Positions 1-7,787 of a stretch of DNA of 33,352 nt are shown here, piece by piece; the first letter of the stretch is position 1; every line of letters starts with the position of its first letter. Origin of the DNA: a virus (Duplodnaviria > Caudoviricetes). The stretch is from positions 1-33,352 of IMG/VR virus record IMGVR_UViG_3300020043_003076. One strand, written 5' to 3'. A model generated the notes under the pieces. The model was not told the DNA's origin and did no database searches. It saw only the letters and a program-made list of their open reading frames with translations. Position numbers and translations under genes: made by a program.

Positions 1-121
1 AATACAGAATGAGACTGGGAGACAAACCAGACCAACCAGTTGAAAGGGATTTGGCCAAAGCTAAATGGTATGAGGCAATGGCTAAAGATTTGAGAGCAGG
101 CCAAAAAAAAGAGAGTCCAAT
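1..121. repeat. Terminal direct repeat, left copy (circular assembly overlap)
   Basis: Bases 1-121 (aatacagaatgagactgg...gagagtccaat) are identical to 33232-33352. Confidence 0.97.
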
Positions 122-152
122 AATTAACAAACTTGGAGCATTTGATTTTTAA
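1..152 (+). CDS. 3' part of DUF3310-like (SaV / T7 gp1.7-like) protein spanning the circular junction
   Basis: Frame continues from ATG 33117 through the repeat: ...KYRMRLGDKPDQPVERDLAKAKWYEAMAKDLRAGQKKESPIINKLGAFDF, TAA at 150-152. Confidence 0.75.
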   Translation, partial: YRMRLGDKPDQPVERDLAKAKWYEAMAKDLRAGQKKESPIINKLGAFDF

Positions 153-163
153 ACTAAAAAGCT

Positions 164-406
164 ATGATAAAAGCAATATTAAATCTGTTTAAATCTAAAG
201 AAAAGCCAAAAACAGATAATCCAGAATTTGAACAAGTTGAATGGGCATTTCAATTAAATAACGATAAGCCGTTTTTATTAGCAACCGCAATTAACAACGA
301 AAAGAGTTTAATTATCAAAGTAAGGAATAAAAAAAACTCAAATATTGTTTTTCGTGATGGCAAAGGGAATGAGTTTAAAATATTTGCAAGGGAGCGAACA
401 AGTTAA
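164..406 (+). CDS. Hypothetical protein
   Basis: 80-aa ORF after an A-rich initiation region (aaactaaaaagct ATG); abuts the next gene. Confidence 0.7.
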   Translation: MIKAILNLFKSKEKPKTDNPEFEQVEWAFQLNNDKPFLLATAINNEKSLIIKVRNKKNSNIVFRDGKGNEFKIFARERTS

Positions 407-661
407 ATGCAAAAGCATATCAAAGTATATTTTAATCACTATGGCTTAGACGAGCATTCGTTTATTGCCTGCGAAGTATGCAAAGCAAAAGCGGTCGACA
501 TTCACCACATTGTTTTTAGGTCTAAGTTTGGGAAAAAGACCAAAGACCAACAAGACGCAATCGAAAACCTAATTGCACTATGCAGAGAATGCCACAACAA
601 AGCACACGACAATAAACTCACTAAAGAATGGTTAACGGAATTGCATACATTAAACCTCTAA
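407..661 (+). CDS. HNH endonuclease, possibly packaging-associated
   Basis: CEVC...DIHHI...NLIALCRECHNKAH: CxxC / HH / N / CxxCH HNH signature; near the terminase genes. Confidence 0.88.
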   Translation: MQKHIKVYFNHYGLDEHSFIACEVCKAKAVDIHHIVFRSKFGKKTKDQQDAIENLIALCRECHNKAHDNKLTKEWLTELHTLNL

Positions 662-969
662 GCGTAAACAAAGCATGGCAAGGGAAACGATTTAAGTCTC
701 CAGATTACAAAGCCTATGAAACGCAAATGCTTTTGACTCTAAAGCCAATGCAACTCCCAGAACCTCCATATCAAATTGACTTTGAATTTGGATTCAGCAA
801 CAAAGCATCGGACATCGACAATCCAATGAAGCCATTTTTGGATATATTGCAAAAAAAGTATAATTTTGACGACGCAGAAGTCTATAAAATAGTGATACTG
901 AAGACAATAGTTGCCAAAGGAAACGAGTTTATAAAGTTCCAAATTAAATCACTTGACATAAACGGCTGA
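628..969 (+). CDS. rusA: RusA-like Holliday junction resolvase
   Basis: PLSVN...SDIDNPMKPFLDILQ...DD matches the RusA DxDNxxKxxxD catalytic motif. Confidence 0.8.
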   Translation: MVNGIAYIKPLSVNKAWQGKRFKSPDYKAYETQMLLTLKPMQLPEPPYQIDFEFGFSNKASDIDNPMKPFLDILQKKYNFDDAEVYKIVILKTIVAKGNEFIKFQIKSLDING

Positions 970-1010
970 AAATAAGTAAATTATATGATTCAACTTAACC
1001 AATACTTGTC

Positions 1011-1403
1011 ATGAACATTAAAATAAACGATAAAGAGTTTTTAACGATACTGAGAGAGAACGCAGGACTATTCTCGAGGACTGCAAAGGCTATTCAAAAG
1101 CAATTTAAAATAGATTACACCAGACAAGCGGTCAGAGACCGAGCATTGAAATTCCCAGAGGAATTAATGGACATCAAAGAGCAGAACATTGACGTTGCTG
1201 AAGACGGACTATTCAGTTTAATGAAGTCAGACAATGACAATGTAAAGATGCGAGCGATTGAATTGTATTTGAAAACCATTGGCAAACACAGAGGATATGT
1301 CGAAAAAGTAGAGCAACAAATATCTGGAGGCTTAGACAATACATTGGAAATTAAGATTGTTAAAACTGAGTTCCCTATAAGGTCAACAGAAAACGATGTT
1401 TGA
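1011..1403 (+). CDS. Terminase small subunit (putative)
   Basis: HTH-like N-terminus, DVAE..L, AIELYLKTIGKHRGYVEK motif typical of small terminases; overlaps the TerL start. Confidence 0.75.
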   Translation: MNIKINDKEFLTILRENAGLFSRTAKAIQKQFKIDYTRQAVRDRALKFPEELMDIKEQNIDVAEDGLFSLMKSDNDNVKMRAIELYLKTIGKHRGYVEKVEQQISGGLDNTLEIKIVKTEFPIRSTENDV

Positions 1404-2529
1404 GACAACTGAGTTATTTGAGGCTAACATCACCGCAGACACAAAGATAATTGTTAATCAGGGCGGGACATGGTCTGGCAAAACTTATTCTATTTTGCAG
1501 GCAATTGCCTATTTTGCATTGACAGACGCAAACTCACTGACAACAATTGTAGGTCAGGACATTCCAAATCTTAAAGCGGGAGCGCTTAGAGACTTTCAAA
1601 ACATTGTCTCAGATAATCCAGTCATTGATGCACAGATTTCAGAGTATAATAAATCGGATAGGATATTCAAGTTCGTAAACGGCTCAACAATTGAGTTTAA
1701 ATCCTATGACAATTCGCAGGACGCAAAGTCTGGAAAGCGAGACTATTTGTTTTTAAACGAGGCCAATGGTATTGACAGACAGATTGCAAAACAACTATTG
1801 CTCAGAACAAAGAAAAAAGCATTTATTGACTTTAACCCAGACGCAGAGTTCTGGGTGCATGAAGACTATTTGAATAATCCGACTGCTAAGTTTATTTATT
1901 CAGACCATAGGAATAATCCTTTTGTGCCAAATGAGAATAGAGCCGAAATTGAGGCGCTTAAAGACATTGACATTGAATTGTGGAAAGTATATGCGAGAGG
2001 AATCACTGGGCGCATTGAGGGTCTTATTTATAGGAATTGGAGCATAGGAAATCAGTTTCCAGATGTTGAATATGTTTATGGCTTAGACTTTGGATATAAT
2101 CACCCGACTACATTGGTCAAATGTGGTTGGGACGAAAACAAATTCTATTTAGAAGAGGTCATTTACGAAAGCGGATTGACAACGGCTGACTTAATAGATA
2201 AAATGGCCAAGCTAAACATTGGTCAAAAGGAAATTTTTGCCGATGCTGCGAGACCAGATACAATTGAGGAACTTTATAGGTCGGGATTTAACGTCTTTAG
2301 TGCGGACAAATCAGTCAAAGACGGGATAAACACACTAAAATCAAAGCCAATCATTCTGGTTAATGCTCCAAATGGAGTCAAAGAGTTTAAGACGTACAAA
2401 TGGAAAACAGATAAGAATGGCAAAGCAATTGACGAGCCAGTCAAGTTCAATGACGACTTTTGCGATGCTGCCAGATACGGAATATTCAACGGCACAAAAT
2501 CAAACACGAAAAAAATATCATGGTTTTAG
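1396..2529 (+). CDS. terL: Terminase large subunit, PBSX/SPP1-like
   Basis: Walker A QGGTWSGKT, Walker B LFLNEA, coupling motif DFNP, nuclease motifs GLDFGY, ADAA and DDFCDAARY. Confidence 0.95.
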   Translation: MFETTELFEANITADTKIIVNQGGTWSGKTYSILQAIAYFALTDANSLTTIVGQDIPNLKAGALRDFQNIVSDNPVIDAQISEYNKSDRIFKFVNGSTIEFKSYDNSQDAKSGKRDYLFLNEANGIDRQIAKQLLLRTKKKAFIDFNPDAEFWVHEDYLNNPTAKFIYSDHRNNPFVPNENRAEIEALKDIDIELWKVYARGITGRIEGLIYRNWSIGNQFPDVEYVYGLDFGYNHPTTLVKCGWDENKFYLEEVIYESGLTTADLIDKMAKLNIGQKEIFADAARPDTIEELYRSGFNVFSADKSVKDGINTLKSKPIILVNAPNGVKEFKTYKWKTDKNGKAIDEPVKFNDDFCDAARYGIFNGTKSNTKKISWF

Positions 2530-3254
2530 TTAACATCGACAAAGAATATCAGTTCCCAACGCAACTGGACGAAATAACATTACGACATTTTATTGACTTG
2601 CAGGACTTATTGCATGCAGAAAAATACAACGAAGCGGTGATGCTTATTTCTGGAATCAGTCCAGAGATTTACGACCAGATAAGTTTAAACGGCAAATTGG
2701 AGTTAACCGCACTGGCGCAAATGTTAGTCAATGGAGAGGTTTTAATGGTTGGCGAAAAGTTAGATTTATACGAAATCATGGCTTGTCCCATTGGACAATT
2801 TGAAGACTGGAAAGCAACCATTGCTGAATTTAAGGACAATGAATGGAAAGCATTGCCGTTTTTATGCTTGTTAGAAACTGGCGAATACAACTACGACACC
2901 AGAACAAACAAACGCTATTTAGAATATTTAAACTTGCCCGCATCTGTTGCACTTTTTTACCAAAACAAAGTGAATGAGCAGTTTGCAGATATGCACAATA
3001 AATTCTTACCTTTGTTTGAGAGTGAATTAGAGGACATTCAATTGGAGGCGGGAGTTCAAAGTCTTAATCAGTTTGGCGGATATGGAACATTGGTTCAACT
3101 GGCAGACGGCGTTTACAAAGACATTGAGCAAGTGAGCAAAACAAGTGTTGCGGAGGCATACACGTTTTTAACTTACAAGAAGATTGAAAGAACCTATTTG
3201 CAAAACTTAGAAAAATTGAGACGTGAACAAATTAATCGAAATATTCAAGACTAA
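2520..3254 (+). CDS. Hypothetical protein, possible tail assembly chaperone
   Basis: Likely start is ATG 2520 (MVLVNIDKEYQFPTQLDEITL), overlapping the TerL stop; function inferred from context only. Confidence 0.55.
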   Translation: MVLVNIDKEYQFPTQLDEITLRHFIDLQDLLHAEKYNEAVMLISGISPEIYDQISLNGKLELTALAQMLVNGEVLMVGEKLDLYEIMACPIGQFEDWKATIAEFKDNEWKALPFLCLLETGEYNYDTRTNKRYLEYLNLPASVALFYQNKVNEQFADMHNKFLPLFESELEDIQLEAGVQSLNQFGGYGTLVQLADGVYKDIEQVSKTSVAEAYTFLTYKKIERTYLQNLEKLRREQINRNIQD

Positions 3255-3666
3255 AGCCGAGCAGACTTATGCTTTCGGCAATGGGACATTTAATGAGTTA
3301 AACTCACAATCTGACATTAAATATCCTTTAGTGTGGATTTTGTTTCCATTAACAATCACCAATAATTCGACAAACAATATCATTGTCTCACAGACTTACT
3401 CATTTAGTTTACAATTTTTGACCAGTGGGTCAATGACAGATAAGCAATCGCAAATCAATAATCATTTCGACCAGTTAAATAAAATTATGGTTGGATATAT
3501 TCAGTCAATGCAAATTGAGAATGAAGATTTGGAACGCAATGCGATGACATTTGGCCAAGCGTCAATGATTAATAAAAAACAGGACAATGTGCATTATGGT
3601 TGGTCTGTTGCCGTATCGGTAACGTTGCCAATTGATTCAAGTTTATGTTGTGATTTATTTGCATGA
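3223..3666 (+). CDS. Putative tail terminator/completion protein
   Basis: 147-aa beta-rich ORF (KYPLVWI...YSFSLQF) in the tail module; size and position fit. Confidence 0.5.
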   Translation: MNKLIEIFKTKAEQTYAFGNGTFNELNSQSDIKYPLVWILFPLTITNNSTNNIIVSQTYSFSLQFLTSGSMTDKQSQINNHFDQLNKIMVGYIQSMQIENEDLERNAMTFGQASMINKKQDNVHYGWSVAVSVTLPIDSSLCCDLFA

Positions 3667-4124
3667 TAGAGTTAACAAATACACTGGCAGAGTTTAACAA
3701 ACTAAACGCAGCACTGGTCGAGGCGCTTGGTAAGGCAGGTGCATTGGCTGACTCGCATGAAGTTGTTTTGACTGCGGGAAACACCAGAAGTCAAGTTGCT
3801 ATCATGGCGAATGATTATTGGTATTGGCAAAATTATGGGAGAGGAATTACAAAAGAGAGCAACGAGCCTGCATTAGTTAGACCAAAGATTGACGAATGGG
3901 TTAAGAAGTTGCCAGATTGGTATGCTCCAGACAAAAAAGACGGCACAAAGGGAAAGAAGTTAACTAAAGACGAGCAGGCATTTTTAGTTACAAGAAAAAT
4001 ACATCGTGAGGGATATAAGGGGAATTTTTATGCAGATAAAACATGTCCATTATTTGAAGACGCAATTAACAAGGCAGTTTTAGAGGACATACAAAACTAT
4101 TTTAACAATGAGTTTAACAATTGA
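3663..4124 (+). CDS. Putative neck/tail completion protein
   Basis: DYWYWQNYGRG...IDEWVK...AFLVTRKIHREG pattern seen in phage neck/tail-completion proteins; ATGA-coupled to the previous gene. Confidence 0.55.
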   Translation: MIELTNTLAEFNKLNAALVEALGKAGALADSHEVVLTAGNTRSQVAIMANDYWYWQNYGRGITKESNEPALVRPKIDEWVKKLPDWYAPDKKDGTKGKKLTKDEQAFLVTRKIHREGYKGNFYADKTCPLFEDAINKAVLEDIQNYFNNEFNN

Positions 4125-4770
4125 AGTTGAGCCGTCAGTAAATACGGCCGTTTATAATCCAGTGCGTTTTGAATTTAGTTCGGACGTTACATCTGACTAT
4201 ACTATCGGAGCAGAAAATGAGGGTAATTTGGGTTTTGTCAACAACAATGGCTATGTGCAAATTGATTTAAGTTCACCACATGGTTTATTAGTTGGGGATT
4301 ATATAAAGATTTCACAGAATGCAGGCGTTGAGGCATATAATGGCGTTTGGCTTGTTACGTCTGTCGTTGGGAATAGCTTTACAATCAATGCTCCTTATGT
4401 TGGTGCGGGAACTGGCAATCTTTGGTTTTTCAAATATTATAAAAATTACAATGCAGTCATTCGAGTATTTGGATTCAACTATTGCGACAATGATTTTGAG
4501 GAACTTGCAAAAATAACTTTAAAGCCAACGTTTGTTTTAGGCTATTGCTATTTTATAATTGACGTGGCTGACATTCTAAAGGATTACAATTCAGAATGCA
4601 ACGTGGTAACGGACGTAATTAGTGGCGATTTATTCCCATTAGTTAGTTGGCCAATTATCCAGAACAATAAAAAATCATATATTAGATATTACATTTCTTA
4701 TGCTGAGGGGTTTGATAATCCAGTTGGAAATCAGGCGCAGTACGAAGAGACAACACCAAGCGATTTATAA
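4108..4770 (+). CDS. Virion structural protein with FCCH-like beta domain
   Basis: HGLLVGDYIKIS...YNGVWLVTSV...SFTI motif; tail module context. Confidence 0.6.
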   Translation: MSLTIEVEPSVNTAVYNPVRFEFSSDVTSDYTIGAENEGNLGFVNNNGYVQIDLSSPHGLLVGDYIKISQNAGVEAYNGVWLVTSVVGNSFTINAPYVGAGTGNLWFFKYYKNYNAVIRVFGFNYCDNDFEELAKITLKPTFVLGYCYFIIDVADILKDYNSECNVVTDVISGDLFPLVSWPIIQNNKKSYIRYYISYAEGFDNPVGNQAQYEETTPSDL

Positions 4771-4772
4771 CT

Positions 4773-5576
4773 ATGCCGACTCAATATTATACATCTAACG
4801 CAGCGCTTCAATACAACGTTACTAACGACTTGACAGACTACATATTAAACGATACTGGAGTAACTGGCAGAAAGTTTTTAACCGAGATGCCATTGACAAA
4901 AGTATTGCCAGAGAATGAATTATCTGCGCTTTATTTCCTTTGTAATGATGGGAACTTTATTGCATCGGCTCAATACACATATTATGACATTGACGGCGGA
5001 ACATTAGCACAAACTAACAATGCTTTATATCCGAGTTTGACTTTATATCATAACGCTATTCCAGTTAACTGGGTTGGCGCAGACCCTGCGGCCGTTAAAA
5101 TGAGAGTGAGAATTGTGAGAACGTCTGGTGGCGTTTCAATTACTGAGGAGCGTTGGTTTATTAGAGACCAGAACGTTAATTGCAATGAGAAACAAGTCAA
5201 CTGGTTAAACAAGTTGGGTGGTTATGATAGTTTTATGTTCACCGCAGGTCAAGAAACGGCAATCAATGTAAGGCGTGAGAATCCAATTGAGTTCAGCATG
5301 GCGACAAACTACGAGTCTCCAAATAGAATTAATGGCTATCGCTCGCATTCGTCTATTGAATCGCTTAGTTTAGCGACCAGAGTTGAGACAAAAGAAATGG
5401 CAGACTGGTTAAAACGAGAATTGATTGACTCAATTGATGTTTACGTTGTTAATGACTTGACTTATGTGCCAGTGAACGTGAAAAATTCATCGGTTAATTA
5501 TGACACATGGTCTAAAAACTTTATTGTTAAGTTCCAATTTGATTATGCTTTTCCAATTAACATTCAGACCAGATAA
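4773..5576 (+). CDS. Putative distal tail / baseplate protein
   Basis: WLNKLGGYDSFMF...ELIDSIDVYV motif of Bacteroidota-phage tail proteins; directly precedes the large tail-tip gene. Confidence 0.6.
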   Translation: MPTQYYTSNAALQYNVTNDLTDYILNDTGVTGRKFLTEMPLTKVLPENELSALYFLCNDGNFIASAQYTYYDIDGGTLAQTNNALYPSLTLYHNAIPVNWVGADPAAVKMRVRIVRTSGGVSITEERWFIRDQNVNCNEKQVNWLNKLGGYDSFMFTAGQETAINVRRENPIEFSMATNYESPNRINGYRSHSSIESLSLATRVETKEMADWLKRELIDSIDVYVVNDLTYVPVNVKNSSVNYDTWSKNFIVKFQFDYAFPINIQTR

Positions 5577-7786
5577 TGGAATACACCGAGATAATAATTG
5601 ACGATTTATATTCATTAGAGTTGGGAGACAAATCAATTTTGATTCCAATGACTTATGAATTGATTGACATTAAAGACTTGAATAGGCGTTCTGGTTCTAA
5701 GACGAAAACCATTACTATTCCCAGAACAAAACAAAACGACAAAATATTCGGCTTTGCCTTTAATATAAACGCTAAAAATGCGTTTGATAAATATTCTCAG
5801 CGTAAAATTCGCATTCAAAAAAATAGCCAAGTGTTATTTAATGGCCTTTGCAGGCTAACAGAAGTAACAAGCGACACAATTTCATTTTATGCCTTTGCTG
5901 AGTTGAGTAAATTAAAAGATGTATTTGGAGAGCAGACGTTAAACGAATTAAATTTGGACGATTTAGACCATTTTTATGACGAAACAATAATTGATACATG
6001 GAATGGGACTTATCCGTCTGGCGTTGCTGCGGATTACTTTTATCCAGTGATTGACTATGGCCAATTCCAAACATTAGACCCATTGAGTGGAGGCGAAAGT
6101 CCACCAATTAAAATTACAGATTTATATCCTGCATTATATTTAAGACGTGCAATCCAACAAATTTGCATTGACAATGGTTATTCATTAAAGACCAATTTTT
6201 TTGATGACTATAATACGAGCAAATTATTAATACCATTTAGCAACGCTCAATTTATCCATAGTGATAATTTTTTGACGACTAATTTTGGGTTTTATGGCGT
6301 TCGACCAAATACTGCATATACAATTCCATTAACAACTGGAGACCATATTTTGCCAATGTCGCAAGTTATTCAAGACCCATTATCACAATGGGACGGAGAC
6401 GAATACACTGCAAATGGAAACCAACGTTTTGAGGCAATAATTTCTATTGAGTTTAAAACACCAGACGCAAGCTATGCAAGTGGGTGGAATTTTGTTGCGA
6501 GTTTGGAACGTTATGACAATGGGTTAGCTGACTGGGTTTCTTTAGATTCAAAAGTGTTTGGATATAGATTAAATTCTGCATATCCATTCTCATTTGAATT
6601 GTTTGCAACTGGATTTATTGCAGATACAGAAAAATTGAGAGTTAATATTGTTAGACCTTTTGCATCTGGCACATTAGAGGTTTATAAGTGTAGTTTTATA
6701 GTGCGTCCAAAGCAAGTAAATGCTGACGATATATTAAACATTCAATATGGGGAAACGGCACAGATTGCACCAAATTTGCCTGCAATAAAACAGATAGATT
6801 TGTTTCAATGGTGCTATAAAATGTTTAACTGGATAGTGTTTGTCAATGACGACACTGGAGTTGTTGAAATTTTCACTTATGATGAGTATTATAAAAACAA
6901 TTCTCAAAAGGATTTTAGCCAAAAATTAAGTTTAACGCCTGCTCCGATTATCAATTATCAGCCGACAAACTTTTCTCGCAAATATGATTTCAGATATAAG
7001 CACGATGACAAAGATTTCTGGAGCATTAGATATGATTTAAAACAGACGGCAAAGCAATCTTATAAATTTGGAGACGGCAAATATTATTTAACTAAGCAAG
7101 GCGAAGCGTCATTGATTGGAGAGGTTGGTTTTTGTCCGACTATTATTGAAAAGTCATTCAAAGGAGACTCGCCAAACTATATAAATATCACAACTATGTT
7201 GGATTCAGCCGAGCCAACGATAAAGAATACGCAAAAAGAGCCGAGAATTTTAATCAATGGCGGACTGGTTACAATAGAGACATTGTCAGATGGGGCATTT
7301 AATCAAATTTATGTTGAAAATATTGGCAATGTCGGGAATTTACCTTTGTGCTATTTTCATAAACAAGTTTATAACGAGGAGGGCATTGATTCATATAGCA
7401 TGAATTTAAGTTTTTCAACGCCAGACATTGTTTTGTTTACTCCAAATAACTTAATTGATACCTATTATAAATCGACAATTGATTCGCTTTCGGTATCTGC
7501 TCAAGTTACTGCATACTTTAAATTGAGTGGCAAAGACATTACAGAACTGGATTTCTCACAACTTTGGTATATTTCCTATTTCAGTGCGGTTTTTAGACTT
7601 AACAGAATTGTGGATTATAATCCAAACTCATTAGGATTGACAAAAGTTGAATTGATAAACGTTGGCGTATTGGATAGAGTTGAAGATGAGTTCGGAGCAA
7701 TTGAGCCAGTTGGTGAGTTTACATATTTAGACACAGAAATTTTAGAGGATATAATAACAGAAAATAATAACGACATAATAATATAA
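5576..7786 (+). CDS. Tail tip / hub protein
   Basis: 736 aa; DIKD..R.GS.TKTITIP.T..N..IF and YFYPVIDYG motifs typical of siphovirus tail-tip proteins; acidic C-terminal LDTE..EDIITEN. Confidence 0.7.
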   Translation: MEYTEIIIDDLYSLELGDKSILIPMTYELIDIKDLNRRSGSKTKTITIPRTKQNDKIFGFAFNINAKNAFDKYSQRKIRIQKNSQVLFNGLCRLTEVTSDTISFYAFAELSKLKDVFGEQTLNELNLDDLDHFYDETIIDTWNGTYPSGVAADYFYPVIDYGQFQTLDPLSGGESPPIKITDLYPALYLRRAIQQICIDNGYSLKTNFFDDYNTSKLLIPFSNAQFIHSDNFLTTNFGFYGVRPNTAYTIPLTTGDHILPMSQVIQDPLSQWDGDEYTANGNQRFEAIISIEFKTPDASYASGWNFVASLERYDNGLADWVSLDSKVFGYRLNSAYPFSFELFATGFIADTEKLRVNIVRPFASGTLEVYKCSFIVRPKQVNADDILNIQYGETAQIAPNLPAIKQIDLFQWCYKMFNWIVFVNDDTGVVEIFTYDEYYKNNSQKDFSQKLSLTPAPIINYQPTNFSRKYDFRYKHDDKDFWSIRYDLKQTAKQSYKFGDGKYYLTKQGEASLIGEVGFCPTIIEKSFKGDSPNYINITTMLDSAEPTIKNTQKEPRILINGGLVTIETLSDGAFNQIYVENIGNVGNLPLCYFHKQVYNEEGIDSYSMNLSFSTPDIVLFTPNNLIDTYYKSTIDSLSVSAQVTAYFKLSGKDITELDFSQLWYISYFSAVFRLNRIVDYNPNSLGLTKVELINVGVLDRVEDEFGAIEPVGEFTYLDTEILEDIITENNNDIII

Positions 7787-7787
7787 T

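Noticed and set aside
2952-2960. T-run (CTTTTTTAC) as a programmed frameshift site in the putative tail chaperone
   Set aside because: It is not an in-frame X XXY YYZ heptamer, and the ORF is already continuous
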